Origin: Pristiophorus japonicus
Taxonomy: Eukaryota
Direction of reading: 5' to 3'
Length of the DNA stretch: 64,000 bases
Assembly (NCBI RefSeq): GCF_044704955.1
Contig: NC_091986.1
Coordinates: forward strand, 178,126,001 to 178,190,000
Every line of letters starts with the position of its first letter. Within the stretch, counting starts at the first letter, position 1. This document shows, piece after piece, positions 47,300 to 60,628 of this stretch. The notes beneath the pieces were generated by a model that was not told the origin of the DNA, did not search any database, and saw nothing but the letters and a program-made list of their open reading frames with translations. A program made the translations under genes and the position numbers.

Positions 47300-47735
47300 T
47301 TTATATAACGCCTTTCACAACCACCGAACGTCTCAAAGTGCTTTATAGCCAATGAAGTACTTTTTGAAGTGTAGTCACCGTTGTAATGTAGGAAATGCAA
47401 CAGCCAACTTGTGCAAAGCAAGCTCCCACAGACAGCAATGTGATCATGACCAGATAATGTTTATGTTGATTGAGGGATAAATATTGGCCAGCGTACAGGG
47501 ATAACTCCCCTGCTCTTCTTCAAAATAGTGCCATGGGATCCTTCACATCTACCTGAGAGAGTAGATGGGCCTCGGTTTTATGTCTCATCCAAAAGACTGG
47601 ACCTCCGACATTACAGCGCTCCCTCAGTACTGCACTGGAGAGCCATCCTAGGTTTTAGTGCTCAAGGCTCTGGAGTGGGACTTGAAGCCACAACCTTGAC
47701 TCAGGTGAGAGCACTACCCACTGAGCCACAGCTGA
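47300..47735 (-). mobile_element. Deu-domain SINE
   Basis: aatagtgccatgggatc, ctccctcagtactgcactggag, gtgggacttgaa. Confidence 0.75.
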
Positions 47736-49791
47736 CCTCAAGCTCGAGAAACAGCGTCTCATCTTTCGATTAGGCACTTTACAGCCTTTCCGACTCAACA
47801 TCGAATTCTACAATTTCAAATCATAGCTACTGTTGCCATTTTTTCCAGACAGCAGGTGCTGGTAATGTTTCTGCTGTTGCCATTTACACCTCCTCTAAAC
47901 CCATCTTTCTTTACATGTCCCATTACCAATCCCTTTTGTTAATCACTACTGCCCTCCACCCAATCACAGACCTTCCCTTTTGTTCTTCCCTGCTTCTGCT
48001 TGCTTAAAAGCAGTTACATTTGCCAGTTTGAAATGTTAACTCTGTATCTTTCTCCACAGGTGCTGCCTGACCTGCTGAGTATTTCCAGCATTTATTTCAG
48101 ATTTCTAGTCGGAATTAATAGCGTCGCCCAAAGTGAAACTGTCCAAAGGGCTGCGGTCAGATCAGTTCATTATCTGCGACAGATTATTGCTATTGAGCAT
48201 CTGCTTTGCACATCATCTACCATCGCATGTAACTAATACTTTGGACATGTAGAATTTACTGTTTATACTTTCAACTTTGCCCATCTGTCAAAGACTTTCT
48301 CATTCTCAGCCTCTATCTCACTTCTCCCCAGAGAGAGCACCTGGAACAAAACTTGTGATTTATTCCAGATCAATCGGCCTGGTCCTATAAAAGGTTTGAA
48401 GGTAGGTTCTCCATTTTGAAATTGGGTTGAGAAAAGACAGCTTCCATTTTAACTCCAGATATTTCAGAGCTGTCATTTCCCATTTTATCATAATGTACAC
48501 ACTAACTAAAGCAGTGTTGTACAGCAGTGTACCCACAGAGATTTAAAGAAAATAAGTACTTAACAGCATTTTTAAATTTTATAAGTTTGTTACTTCATAA
48601 ACCGTACACAAAGTTAAGTAACTTTAATTGCTCATTCCCCAAACCTAGATTCATCAATAGCCTGCCTTGTGATTGGGTGCTTGTTTTAAGGCTTTAAAAA
48701 AAAAACTACAGGTAAAAATTTGTGAAAAATCTTTATTCCAAAGTAGTGACAACAACAATAATGTAAAACATGCCCTGTTCCAATTGAAGTAGACTTAAAT
48801 ACAGTCAAAGGTTCCAAGAACCATCTGTAAAAGAACCCAACATTCTTCATTGATGGATGCATGGTTTTTTTCTCCACCATTATTTTCTTATTATTGGTCT
48901 CTTCACTTTGGGTTCTCCCAGCTTTCTCTTTCTTCACCCCACCAACCCCATTTTATTCCCCGTGGAAGCTGCTAAGTAATTAAGTTGCTCACGTCTATTC
49001 CTCCCTCCCAATTTGCACCTCCCAGCGAATAGACTAACTAATTTTATTTAAAATACACACTGGTCCTGGGGTGCATCCCATCTGATCAGTGCAAGTGTTT
49101 CAAACCACAGTAAGCCCGATAGGCTAGAAAGCAGTAATACAAGTTGCACAGACCTAATATTGGATGTCAGTAATAAAGGGAGGAAGGCAGAGGGGGTGGG
49201 GGCAGTGTGTACGAGATGATCTATTCATATTTAAGAGTTGTCTGCCTTCACTGATTTAGACAGGTGCTGGTTATCGATAATTCAAACTCTGTTTATTTCA
49301 AGAATTTAACCGTGGATGTTTCCTAAACAGCCCCAGAGTATATTTTCTTCCCGACCTAAAGCTGATAGTCACGTTCAATAAAGATCTCCTTTTCCTTTTT
49401 GAAAGGAAACACACAATTAACAGCAACAAAGAGGTATGAAAAAAAATCAACAGTCTACCTAAAGTGATAACGTTTAATTTTGTTTGCTAAATTCTTGCGG
49501 TACAACATTCCCCTGCACATTCCATTTACATTCCCTCATCGGTCTGCAAGTTACTGAGGCTTCAAGTCCTGCTTCTCATCCATTATACCTGCAATTCAAA
49601 AATCATTGAGCCGGTAGTTCCTTCATCTTAAACTCTCGGCAGAAATGGGCAGAAAGGTGCTGCCTTTGGACTGGTTTGATTATTTGGCATTTAATTATGT
49701 GCTCGTTTGCAGAATAGAATCCATTTTAACACCTTCAAAAACCCAAATGAAAATGTACATTACATTGCTGTGTAGAATATTGTGTTACTGC

Positions 49792-49874
49792 TCAGAATAC
49801 AGTAAGAGACCAAACCATGAACGCGGCAAGCACAGCAAATCCAGACATGCACTTCACAGCATCACAAGTTATAG
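49792..49874 (-). CDS. Copy C exon 5 (GPI-type tail)
   Basis: Identical to copy B exon 5. Confidence 0.75.
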
Positions 49875-52800
49875 CTATAAAATAAAACAAAAAGACATTA
49901 GTTTCAAACTTACAATAGCAATCGATTTTCCCTATAAAATTTGAGGCTGTGCAATAACCATCAATATTAGAAAGAATAAACTTGCATTTCTACAGCACCT
50001 TTCACAAACTCAGGACATCCCAAAGCGCTTCACAGCCAATGAAGTACTTTTTGAAGTGTAGTCATTGTTGTAATGTAGGAAATACAGCAGCCAATTTGCG
50101 CACAGTAAGTTCCCACAAACAGCAATGTGATAATGACTAGATAATCTGTTTCAGATGTTGGTTGAGGTAGACATTTTGAGAACTCCCTGCTCTTCCAGTG
50201 GTGCCATGGGATCTTTTGCTTCCACCTGAGACAGCAGATGGGGCCTCGGTTTTATGTCTCATCTGAAAGAGGGCACCTCAGCAGTGCAGCACTCTCTCAG
50301 CACTGCACTGGGAGTGTCAGCTCGGATTGTGCTCAAGACTCGAATGGGACTTGAACCCATGACTTTTGGACTCAGGGAGAGTGCTCCCACTGGGCCATGG
50401 CCGATACTGTACAGCAACAAAGGAATTTTGCATTCCAAAAATCTACTAAAAAGTTACCAATAGGAATGGGAAAGAAATACGAATTATCTCGGCAATCAAA
50501 AAATACAACAAATGCCTCATCTGCCGGGTGTGCATCATCAGGGAGTTGTGCTCACACATTCTATAATTTCTGTCCGTACAGTGCAAGTGAGGGTCTGAGC
50601 ACAACCAGAACATTCTGTGGCAATTCAAGATTTCTTTGACTATTTTTTCTACAGCAAGGATTTGAAAATGACGATGTATTTTAAATGCAAAAGGATGTTC
50701 ACACAGGGTTAAAAGTCTCTTTGCGGCTGTAAAGAACCGGGTGGGGGTGGGTCCGATGTAGAAACAGAAAATGCTGGAAATACTCAGTAGGTCAGGAAGC
50801 ATCTGTGGAGAGAGAAACAGGGTTTACGTTTCAGATCGATGACCTTTCATCAGAACGTTAACTCTTGTTTCTCGCACCACAGATGCTGCCTGGCCTGCTG
50901 AGTATTTCCAGCATTTTCTGTAATTGCAACCCAAGTCAGCAGGAAACTGAGGGGTTCTCCCTTCCCCTAAGCCCCCCCATCCCGATTTACATAAGGCACA
51001 AATTTTTACTATCTACGGACTTCCAATGGAAAGTAAAATTGTGCGGTGAGTAAAGTGGGAGGGGAAGGGGGACAATCCAATCCAGCTAGATCGCCGCTGG
51101 GCAAGTTGGGTTAAAATTACCCACGAAAGGTTTATGTGTTACTGGATCAAGCATTGAAGAGGTATCTTAAAGCTGGAGGTAGTTTTGTGGAATACCATTG
51201 GCTCATAGACCATTGCCCAAAGTCAGGATCCACCCGTATTATTTTAGTCTTCAGTAACACTTGTGCAATCCTCTCAACTACTCAATGGGAACAGATGGTC
51301 CAGTGCAGTGGGAAAGATTCAGATGGTCACCTTATTCCATTCATCTTTTCCCATTTCCTTCCCCACCCAGTAGGTGCAGATTAGGGAAGATGATTTTACT
51401 GCTATCAAAACCCCAATACAAATCTCCCCACTCAGAGCTGACAGAATTAATTTTGCTCAGTTCTGTCGAAGGATATGAATTAATAATGATTACTCACAGA
51501 TTTCTTCGGAGAGTATCTTAACCCAATAAACAGCTTTGCTCTCGGCAATAGTCGCTCTGTAATAGAAAGCAATCATTGGCATAAATATCTCAAACATTTG
51601 CCAAGTATACAAAATTGAGGGGCAGGAAAAGACCAACTGGTCGACCAAGCCTGCCCTACATCTCATCATGGCCACAGCATCATGACTAGATACTTCGTCC
51701 CCGCAGCATGTAACCTCCTGATAGAGGCACAAAACCAAGGGCCATTCCTCTCCAACCCCCTCAGACCACTGAAACCAGTCCACGAGATCACAAAAGTGTT
51801 ATCTGTTAATCCACTTACCGTCTCTGATGCAATCTCTGATACTTCAGTTTAGCACCGGTGAGGCTTTTTCTTGAAGGTAGAGAGTTAGTATTTACTGTAC
51901 CAGTTAGCAACGCATTCCAGAGGCTCGCTACTCTCTGGGAAAAGCCCATCATCCAGTCTATTGTATATAAATCCAGGCTGGACTGTTTACAATGCAATAG
52001 TTGGTAGATTTTTTTACCAGAAACTTTGCATGGGGAGCAGTTTTCTGCAAGATGTTTTAGTACTGCCTGAATTTATCTTTGGTAACAAGGTTACTGCAAG
52101 GCTGGAGATGCTCCTGGTAGATAATAATTTCTGCTAACAACCCCCTCTCTGCCTGGCACTAATAAAGCAACCAGTTAAAATATTACTCCAGCTAAGACTT
52201 GAGAATTGAGTTTATCTCCATCCCATTTTTTTGCCCGGTGGCTTCGATGTGGATGGAGTACTGACCTCAGTCCAAAGATGGTAATTGTAGGAACCCGTCA
52301 CTCGCACCCTCTTGTTCTGTTCTATTCTCCACCCTCACCCTCATTACATGGAATGTACAACACAGAAACAGACCATTGGCCCAATAGTTCCGTGCCGGTG
52401 TTTATGCTCCACACAAGCCTCCTCCCAACCCGATCACCATATCCTTCTATTTCCTTCTCTGTCACCTGTTTATCTAGCTTCCCATTAAATGTATCTATGC
52501 TATTTGCCTCCAGCACTCTTCGTGGTATTCTCACCACTGTCTGGGTAAATAAATCTGCCCTGAATTCCTTACTGGATATATTAGTGACTCTTCTATTTAT
52601 GGCCCCTGGTTTTGGACTCTCCCATAAGTGGAAACACTTTCTCTCCATCTGCCCTATCAAACTGCTTCATAATTTTTTTTTTTTTTAAAACATCAATGAT
52701 CTCTGAATATTCACCCCCCACCCCCCACCCCCTGAATGTTTCTTCTCTCAAGACATTAAACTCTTGCCGTGTGCCATTCTACAGGCACAGAACCTTACCC

Positions 52801-55800
52801 AAGTGACACTTCGTAATGCACAAGTCCACACAGTGTTGGATTCATTCTAACCCGGGAGTGGGCGCAAGTTGGGTAGCATCCAGTTTGGGTGCAAGCTGGA
52901 GCTGCCTGCTAATCCAAAGCAGAGTTTGGGGCTTTCAATTTTCCACAGGGTAGAAGTCACGGAGTTATTGTGTAAACTGACAGTTATTGTGTCGTTTCTC
53001 TGGGGGAGAAGATTCACTTTCAAATGGTTACCCGCCTGTCCCCAGACATTTGAACACCTCGTGTCATTTCTGGGTTTTGATAATTCAAGGTCAACCAGCA
53101 GCAAAATACTTACACAAATGTCATTTTACTGACGCAGTTCGCCGGTGGGGTCCAGGTGTAAATGACGTTGACGGTTTTGTCATTAATGTTCGAATGAGTA
53201 ATCGCACTATTCTCCCTGTTGAAACACTGCAGTGAGGTAATGCAAGAAGTTAATGCTTAGAAGTACAATGGGTCAGAATTTGCTAGAGTGAGGCATCTCG
53301 CAGCATGCCTTCAACCTTCAACTCAAAACATTTTTGACCTCTAGTTCCAGTCTCATCAGCCAGGGGAAACAGCCTCCCTGCAAGTGCCCTGTAAGAATTG
53401 TATGTTTCAATGAGGTCACCTCTCATTTTTCTAAACCCCACAGAATATATGCCCATTGTATTCAATCTCTGCTCATAAAACAGCCCTCTCATCCCAGGAC
53501 TCAATCTGGTGAACCTTCACTGCACCCTCTTGAAGGCAATTATATCCTTTCTTAGGTAAAGAGACCAAAACCATACACAGTTCTTCTGGTGTGGTCTCAC
53601 CAAAGTCTTATATAGTTGCAGTAAGACGTCCTTATGTTTATACTTAAACCTCCTTTCAATAAAGGCTAACATATCATTTGGCTTCCTAATTGCTTGCTGT
53701 ACTTGCATATTAGCTTTCTGTGATTTGTGTACAAGGACCCGCAAATGCCCCTGAATAAATCCAAAAGTTTATCTCCTTAACCAATGAGATTAAAGGATTG
53801 AGAAAGAAACAGGAAGGACGGAGAATGAAATGGAGTGAATTAGAGTCAAATCAGGTATTGAAAGAGAAAGAGGGAACGAAAGATTGGATTAAGATGGTAA
53901 GAGAGAGGAAAAAGAAAAAAGATAAAATTACATTTTTTTTACATCTCTCAACAATTCACAACCTGAAGGAATAGGACTCCAAACTTTTAATTGGACCCTT
54001 TCTAGGTCAGAGAGGTTGATTGGCCATCATTAACAATTATCACGTCGTTAAAAGGGTACTTCCGCTGTTAATTACTAGACTTCACCATCTGCTGTGAGTA
54101 TAATGGGCAGTTAATGCTCAAAAGCAGCAACCTCATGAAACTCAGGGGGGGAGAGGGGGAGAGGGAGTGTCAAGAGTGAGTTTGAACTTCCCTCAAGAGC
54201 TCCGGCTTTGAATTCTGTGTCAACATCCAGTGGGTGTTTCATCGTCCGACTGTCTCTCCCCCTCCCCGTGTGTGAGTTGTAGGAGTCCATAAACCCTTCC
54301 CTCCACATAGAACTGACCATCCGCCCCAACCAAAAAAATCGGCTGGTATAAAGATGGTCACGGCCATGGAAGGAGCGTTGATGTTAATCGGACCGTGAAT
54401 CCCTCCACTGCTTCACGCTCTACTCAGGGGGGAAATATGGAAGCACCAATATGCCAAAATCTACAGCAAAAGCAAAAAATCCTTTTTGACCAAATGAAGA
54501 AAACAGTGGGACCATTATAAGATTAATTATAATTGCAGTATTAATACACAAATTATTCGTACCGCTAAGGTTTTCGTATCCGGTGATGATGTTGACCACG
54601 TGCCGATTGCAATAGCAGCACCGGGTTCCCGTGCTTGCAATAGGATGCCTTTGTATATTCCACCCGCTATTTTCACTGTAAAGGAAGGGGAGATTTTCTT
54701 GTTACAAGTACATTTTTTTTTACTAAAAGCACCCCATCAAATCTGTAAGCAATGAATTGTTTTGCTGGAAACTATTGACACGAGAAAACAGAATTTAACA
54801 AGAAGTTGTTACACATGAAAAAGATTAATGGGCACCGAGGAATTGGACAGACCAAACACCGTAAGATCAACTTCCTGCATTCATATACTTGGGAGTACAG
54901 TTCTGGTCTTCATAATTACAAAATGGGTGTAGAGGCACTGGAAAAGGTGCAGAGAGACTTTACAAGCATGATTTTATTTTTATTTATTCATGGGATGTGG
55001 GCATCGCCTGCAAGGCCTGCATTTATTGCCCATCCCTAATTGCCCTTAACTGAGCAGCTTGCCATTTCAAAGGGCAGTTAAGAGGCAACCATATTGCAAC
55101 ATAGAGGACAGACTGGATTATGGGGAGCGGGCACGGAATTGGAGCTAAATCCATGATCAGATCAGCCATGATCTTATTAAATGGTGGAGCAGGATCGAGA
55201 GGCCAAATGGCCCACTCCTGCTCCTATTTCTTATATTCTTATGATGTCATCGCCTTGCATGGCGACCCCTTTGCGCCCCAAAGCGAAAGTTGCTTAGCGC
55301 CCCGTGAGGCTGCCGCGTGCCAGCATTTTTTTCCCCTTCAGCCCCTGACAAAGTCACATGGTCTGGACCGCGATCATAGCTCTGGTGACCCTGTGGAGGT
55401 CATCAAAGGGCCTGCAGAGGTCGCAGCAGCCCTCCCCTTTAACAGAAAGGGAGGGTCATTGAAACGGATCATCGTTATTCGTTAGAGCGCGCAACATTGC
55501 GCTCCCTATGGGTTTTTATATGGCAATCTGGTAGTTATATAATCACCATTACTGATACTAGTGTTTTATTCCAAATTAATTTATTAATTGAATTTAAAAT
55601 TCCCCAGCTGCCGTGGTGGGATTTAAACTCGTGTGTCTCGATCATTAGCCCAGGCTTCTGGATTATCAGTCTAATACCATAACCACAATGTTACCGTTCC
55701 CTATATACCAGAACGGAGAGGATGTATGTATCGGGAAAGACTGAACAGGCTGCGGCACCCTTCCTCTAGAAAAGAGAAGGCTGAGGGGTGACCCGACAGA

Positions 55801-57243
55801 GGTCTTTAAAAATTATGAAGGGTTTTTGATAGGGTAGATGTAGAGAAGATGCTTGCAGTTGTGGGAAACACCAAAACTAGGGGGCAAAAATAAAAGATAG
55901 TCACTAATAAATCCAATAAGGAATTCAAGAGAAACCACTTTATCCAGATTGGTTGGATGTGAAACTCCCTACTACTTGGAGAGGTTGAGGCGAATAGCAT
56001 ATATGCAGTTAAGGGAAAGCTCGATAAACACATGAAGGAGAAAGGAATAGGATATGCTGAAAGGGCGAGATGACAAGGAATGGGAGGAGGGTTGTGCGGA
56101 AGTGTAAACACCGACATCGACCAGTTGGGCCAAATGGCCTGTTTCTGTGCTGTACATTCTATGTAATATAGTATCCCTAGCATCAGAAAGATATCTCAGG
56201 ATGCATCATATGAAGACGTTAATTTTTTTTTAAATGGACAGAGGGAAAGAGAAGGGTGGGTAGATGAAATTGGGGCAGCAGCGCTGCAAGAAGAAAAGAG
56301 GTGAAGAAAACCATCAAGACTTGGGAAGAAAAGAAGGGAGAGGCAGGCTTGGGGATTTAGGTAGGAAGATCCAGAGCATGAGGTATGATGACTGAAAGAA
56401 GCCAATGGTGAAAGAGAGAATGGGGAACGTGGTCTAGGCCAATGTCTGAGGAGCAAAGGTCACCAAGGTATGGTGGGGTGGGGTGGGGCAAGGTCAGAGA
56501 AGCATTTACCCAGTCCCCATTACCCAGTGCCCTTTACACATTACTCAGTGCCCATTACCCAGTGCCCATTGCTCAGTGTCCACTGCCCAGTGCCCATTAC
56601 CCATTGCTCATTACACAGGAGCAAAGGTCACCAAGGTATGGTGGGGTGGGGTGGGGCAAGGTCAGAGAAGCATATACCCAGTCCCCATTACCCAGTGCCC
56701 TTTACACATTGCTCAGTGCCCATTACCCAGTGTCCAGTGTCCATTGCCCAGTGCTCATTACACATTGCTCAGTGCCCATTACACAATGCTCAGTGCCCAT
56801 TACCCAGTGTCCATTACCCAGTGCCCATTGCTCAGTGTCCATTGCCCAGTGCCCATTACCCATTGTTCATTACACATTGCTCAGTGCCCATTGCTCAGTG
56901 CCCATTACCCAGTGCCCATTACCCAGTGCCCATTACACATTGCTCAGTGCCCATTACACAATGATCAGTGCTCAGTGCCCATTACCCAGTGCCCATTGCT
57001 CAGTGCCCATTGCTCAGTGTCCAGTGCCCATTATCCAGTGCTACCTTCCAGCGCCGGGCTGCTGGTCTTGCTGAATTCGATGGTGTAGGGGGCCATGCTC
57101 TCCTGATGGGTAATGTTCTGGTGCTTGGGGTGCATGGTTGTGCAGGCACTGATCGGCGCCCCGGTGGGATGGGGCGAGGCGGGCAAGCAGAGCGCCAACA
57201 GCCCGAGCAGGGCGAGGCGGATCTGAGATTGCGAGCTCTCCAT
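49792..57243 (-). CDS. Reeler-domain protein gene, copy C: complete, 5 exons, 188 aa
   Basis: Exons 57243-57045, 54675-54563, 53226-53114, 51556-51498, 49874-49792. Same lengths and phases as copy B, no stops or frameshifts; 8 aa differences from B. Confidence 0.88.
50764..50921. mobile_element. Penelope-like hairpin with hammerhead core (paralog of 19294-19453)
   Basis: Same CTGATGA..GAAA core on the minus strand. Confidence 0.6.
51498..51556 (-). CDS. Copy C exon 4
   Basis: 59 nt; identical to copy B. Confidence 0.85.
53114..53226 (-). CDS. Copy C exon 3 (CFNRENSAITHSNINDKTVNVIYTWTPPANCVSKMTF)
   Basis: 113 nt; ctgcag / GTAAGT. Confidence 0.87.
54563..54675 (-). CDS. Copy C exon 2
   Basis: 113 nt; ttacag / GTACGA. 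Confidence 0.87.
56506..57040. repeat. Expanded intron 1 minisatellite with an internal duplication of flanking unique sequence
   Basis: About 530 bp; GAGCAAAGGTCACC..GTCAGAGAAGCA from 56450 is repeated at about 56619-56672. Confidence 0.9.
57045..57243 (-). CDS. Copy C exon 1
   Basis: 199 nt; donor GTAGCA. Confidence 0.87.
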
Positions 57244-57249
57244 GTCCCG

Positions 57250-57345
57250 GCGCTGAGTGCCGAGCTCCCCGGGCTCCGCCCCTCTTATAGCGGCTCAGTC
57301 CCGCTCCGCCCCCGCCGCTCCTCCCAAACCACACGTGCGGCTTTA
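57250..57345 (-). promoter_or_regulatory. Core promoter of copy C
   Basis: TATAAG 57284-57289, GC boxes, CACGTG. Confidence 0.65.
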
Positions 57346-57422
57346 GCTCTTTGAGATGCAGCTTGCTCTGACCGAGCAGCTCCTCAGGACATCTTAAGGT
57401 GCTTCTTCTCCCATTACTGACC

Positions 57423-58017
57423 ACTTGAAAACTCGCCTCGGCGTCAGAGATTGTCGGTTCAAGTCCCACTCCAGGGACCTGAGCACTTTTGGAGGGTCAG
57501 TACTGAGGGAGCGCTGCAGTGTCGGAGGGACAATACTGAGGGAGTGCTGCACTGTTGGAGGGATAGTACCGAGGGTACGCTGCACTGTCAGAGGGACAGT
57601 ACTGAGAGAGTGCTGCACTATCGGAGGGATAGTACTGAGGGAACGCTGCACTGTCAGAGGGACAGTACTGAGAGAGTGCTGCACTGTCGGAGGGTCAGTT
57701 CTGAGGGAGCGCTGCACTGAAGGAGTGGCAGTACTGAGGGGGCTCTGCACTGTCGGAGGGACAGTACTGAGGGAGTGCCGCATTATCGGAGGTGCCGTTT
57801 TCGGATGAGACGTTAAACCGAGGCCCCATCTACTCCTTCAGGTGGGCGTAAAAGATCTCAAGGCACTATTTCGAAACAGAGTAGGGAAGTTCTTACTGGT
57901 GTCCTGGCCAATCTTTATCCCTCAATCAACATAACTAAAAAAACAGACTATCTAATCATTCTCACGTTGCTGTTTGTGGGAGCTTGCTGTGCACAAATTG
58001 ACTGCGGCGTTTTCCAC
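57423..58017 (+). mobile_element. Deu-domain SINE with 32-bp internal repeats
   Basis: Paralog of 4350-4958. Confidence 0.75.
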
Positions 58018-59254
58018 ATTACATAAGAACATAAGAAATAGGAGCAGGAGTAGGCCATTTGACTCCTCGAGCCTGCTCCGCCATTTAATAAGATCATGGC
58101 TGATCTGATCATGGACTCAGCTCCACTTCCCTGCCCGCTCCCATAAGCCTTTATTCCTCTATCACTCAAAAATCTGTCTATCTCCACCTTAAATATATTC
58201 AATGACCCAGCCGACAATTCCACAGATTTACAACCCTCTGAGAGAAGAAATTCCTCCTCATCTCAGTTTTAAATGGGCGGCCCCTTATTCTGAGACTATG
58301 CCCCCTAGTTTTAGTTGCCCCTATGAGTGGAAATATTCTTTCTGCATCCCGAGCCCCCTCATTATCCCTACCGCAGAGAGTTGTTGATGCCAGTTCATTG
58401 GATATGTTCAAGAGGGAGTTAGATATGGCCCTTACGGCTAAAGGGATCAAAGTGTATGGAGAGAAAGCAAAAAAAGGGTACTGAGGTCAATGATCAGCTA
58501 TGATCTTATTGAATTTTGGTGCAGGCTCGAAGGGCCGAATGGCCTACTCCTGCACCTATTTTCTATGTTTCTATTGGCCCGGACTTTGCATTGAGAATAA
58601 CAGTGAGGCTAACAGCGCTCATGGTTATGGAGTAAATCAGACAGCAAATTCTGGAGTACGCACATGGACACACGGAAATCAGGATGTTGCGGTCTGTGTT
58701 ACCCTCCTCCTCCGCAGCCTGCGCTATAGCGGTACCTTGCCAATCAACTCAACAATGAAATCAATGTAAGGGCATGAAGTTGCTGTTCTTCTTCGGCATT
58801 CCATGAGGTCCTGACATTCCAGGTCCCAAACTTCATTTTAACGGTTGGAAGATGCCTGTACGTAAATTCTTTTAACGTGGGATGGCGGATGCGCACCAGC
58901 TACCACATGGGCTTGATAGAGCAAGGTCTTGGGCCAATGGCAAGGGGATCCAATTCGATTGGAGACCAGGCTCTGCTGCATGGTTGTGGCACACAAACAC
59001 ACACACATATTCCTACTGTCCCCCTCCCTCCTTCCCACAGGTGCTCTCTCCCTTGGTTTCAGATAATGCAGTATAGGCCTCCTGACCTCGCTACACCTTC
59101 CCTGGGCCCCGACCCCGCTGCTGGTCCATGCTGCGCAACTCCTAGGCATCGACCTCGCTGCTGGGTCCCGACCTCACTCCTGGGCCCTGACCTTGCTGCT
59201 GGGCTTGTCCTCTCTCCTGGGCCCTGACCTCACTGCTGGGTCTTGACCTCGCTT

Positions 59255-59665
59255 TATACACTGGAGTTTAGAAGGATGAGAGGGGATTCTCATAGAAACA
59301 TATAAGATTCTGACAGGACGGGACAGGTTAGATGCGGGTAGAATGTTCCCGATGTTGAGTAAGTCCAGAACCAGGGGACACAGTCTGAGGATAAGGGGTA
59401 GGCCATTTAGGACTGAGATGAGGAGAAACTTCTTCACTTAGAGAGTTGTTAACCTGTGGAATTCCCTGCCGCAGAGAGTTGTTGATGCCAGTTCATTGGA
59501 TATATTCAAGAGGGAGTTCGATATGGCCCTTACGGCTAAAGGGATCAAGGAGTATGAAGAGAAAGCAGGAAAGGGGTACTGAGGGAATGATCAGCCCTGA
59601 TCTTATTGAATGGTGGTGCAGGCTCGAAGGGCCGAATGGCCTACTCCTGCACCAATTTTCTATGA
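59255..59665 (+). mobile_element. CR1 3' fragment (paralog of 28133-28545)
   Basis: Near-identical sequence and the same 5' junction. Confidence 0.8.
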
Positions 59666-60628
59666 TTCTATGACAAATGAAGTAAACCAAGAAGTATAAA
59701 CCAGGAAGTATAAATTAGATTTAAGTCATGTACAGTAAGTGAAATAAAGATTGAAAAAGAAGGGATTAACAGAGAGACAGATAAAAGAGACCAACAGGAA
59801 AAGTTTTCAAAAAAACTCCTCCGGACCTCGCGTGACCTCGCTGCTCAACCAGACCTCGCTCCACCCGATCATGAAGTTGCTGTATTTACTCACTGGACAC
59901 TGACTAAATATGGCAGAATAGTTAGGGCTGGTGAATTCAGGTGTAAGTGAAGCTTAACGGTGTAATAAGTCTTAATTATTGCCAAACAACCTCTCTGGCA
60001 CTGAATATTTATTTTTACAAGTGTGAAATCTCATTCCTTCAGAATTTAATTAATGTTGGAGATTTTAAAAATATTAAAATTTTTTTGAAAACTTTTCCTG
60101 TTGGTCTCTTTTATCTGTTAATCTCTCTGTTAATCCCTCTTTTTCAATCTTTATTTCACTTCCTATGCATGACTTAAATCTAATTTATACTTCCTGGTTT
60201 ATACTTCTTGGTTTACTTCATTTATCATAGAATCATAGAAGTTTACAGCACGGATGGAGGCCGTTTTGGCCCATCGTGTCCACGCCTAATCCCACTTTCC
60301 AGCTCTTGGTCCGTAGCCCTGTAGTTTACGGCACTTTAAGTGCACATCCAAATATTTATTAAATGTGGTGAAGCTTTTTACCTCTACCACCCTTTCAGGA
60401 CAGTGAGTTCCAGACCCGCACCACCCTCTGGGTGGCGAAATTTCCCCTCATATCTCCTCTATACCTCCCCCAAAATTACTTTAAATCTAATGATCTCTGG
60501 TTGTTGACCCCCTCTGCCAAGATAAACTGGTCCTTCCTATCCGCTATATCCATAATTGTATCCATAATTGTATACACCTCAATCAGGTCTCATCTCAGCC
60601 TCCTCTATTCCAATGAAAACAGACCCAG

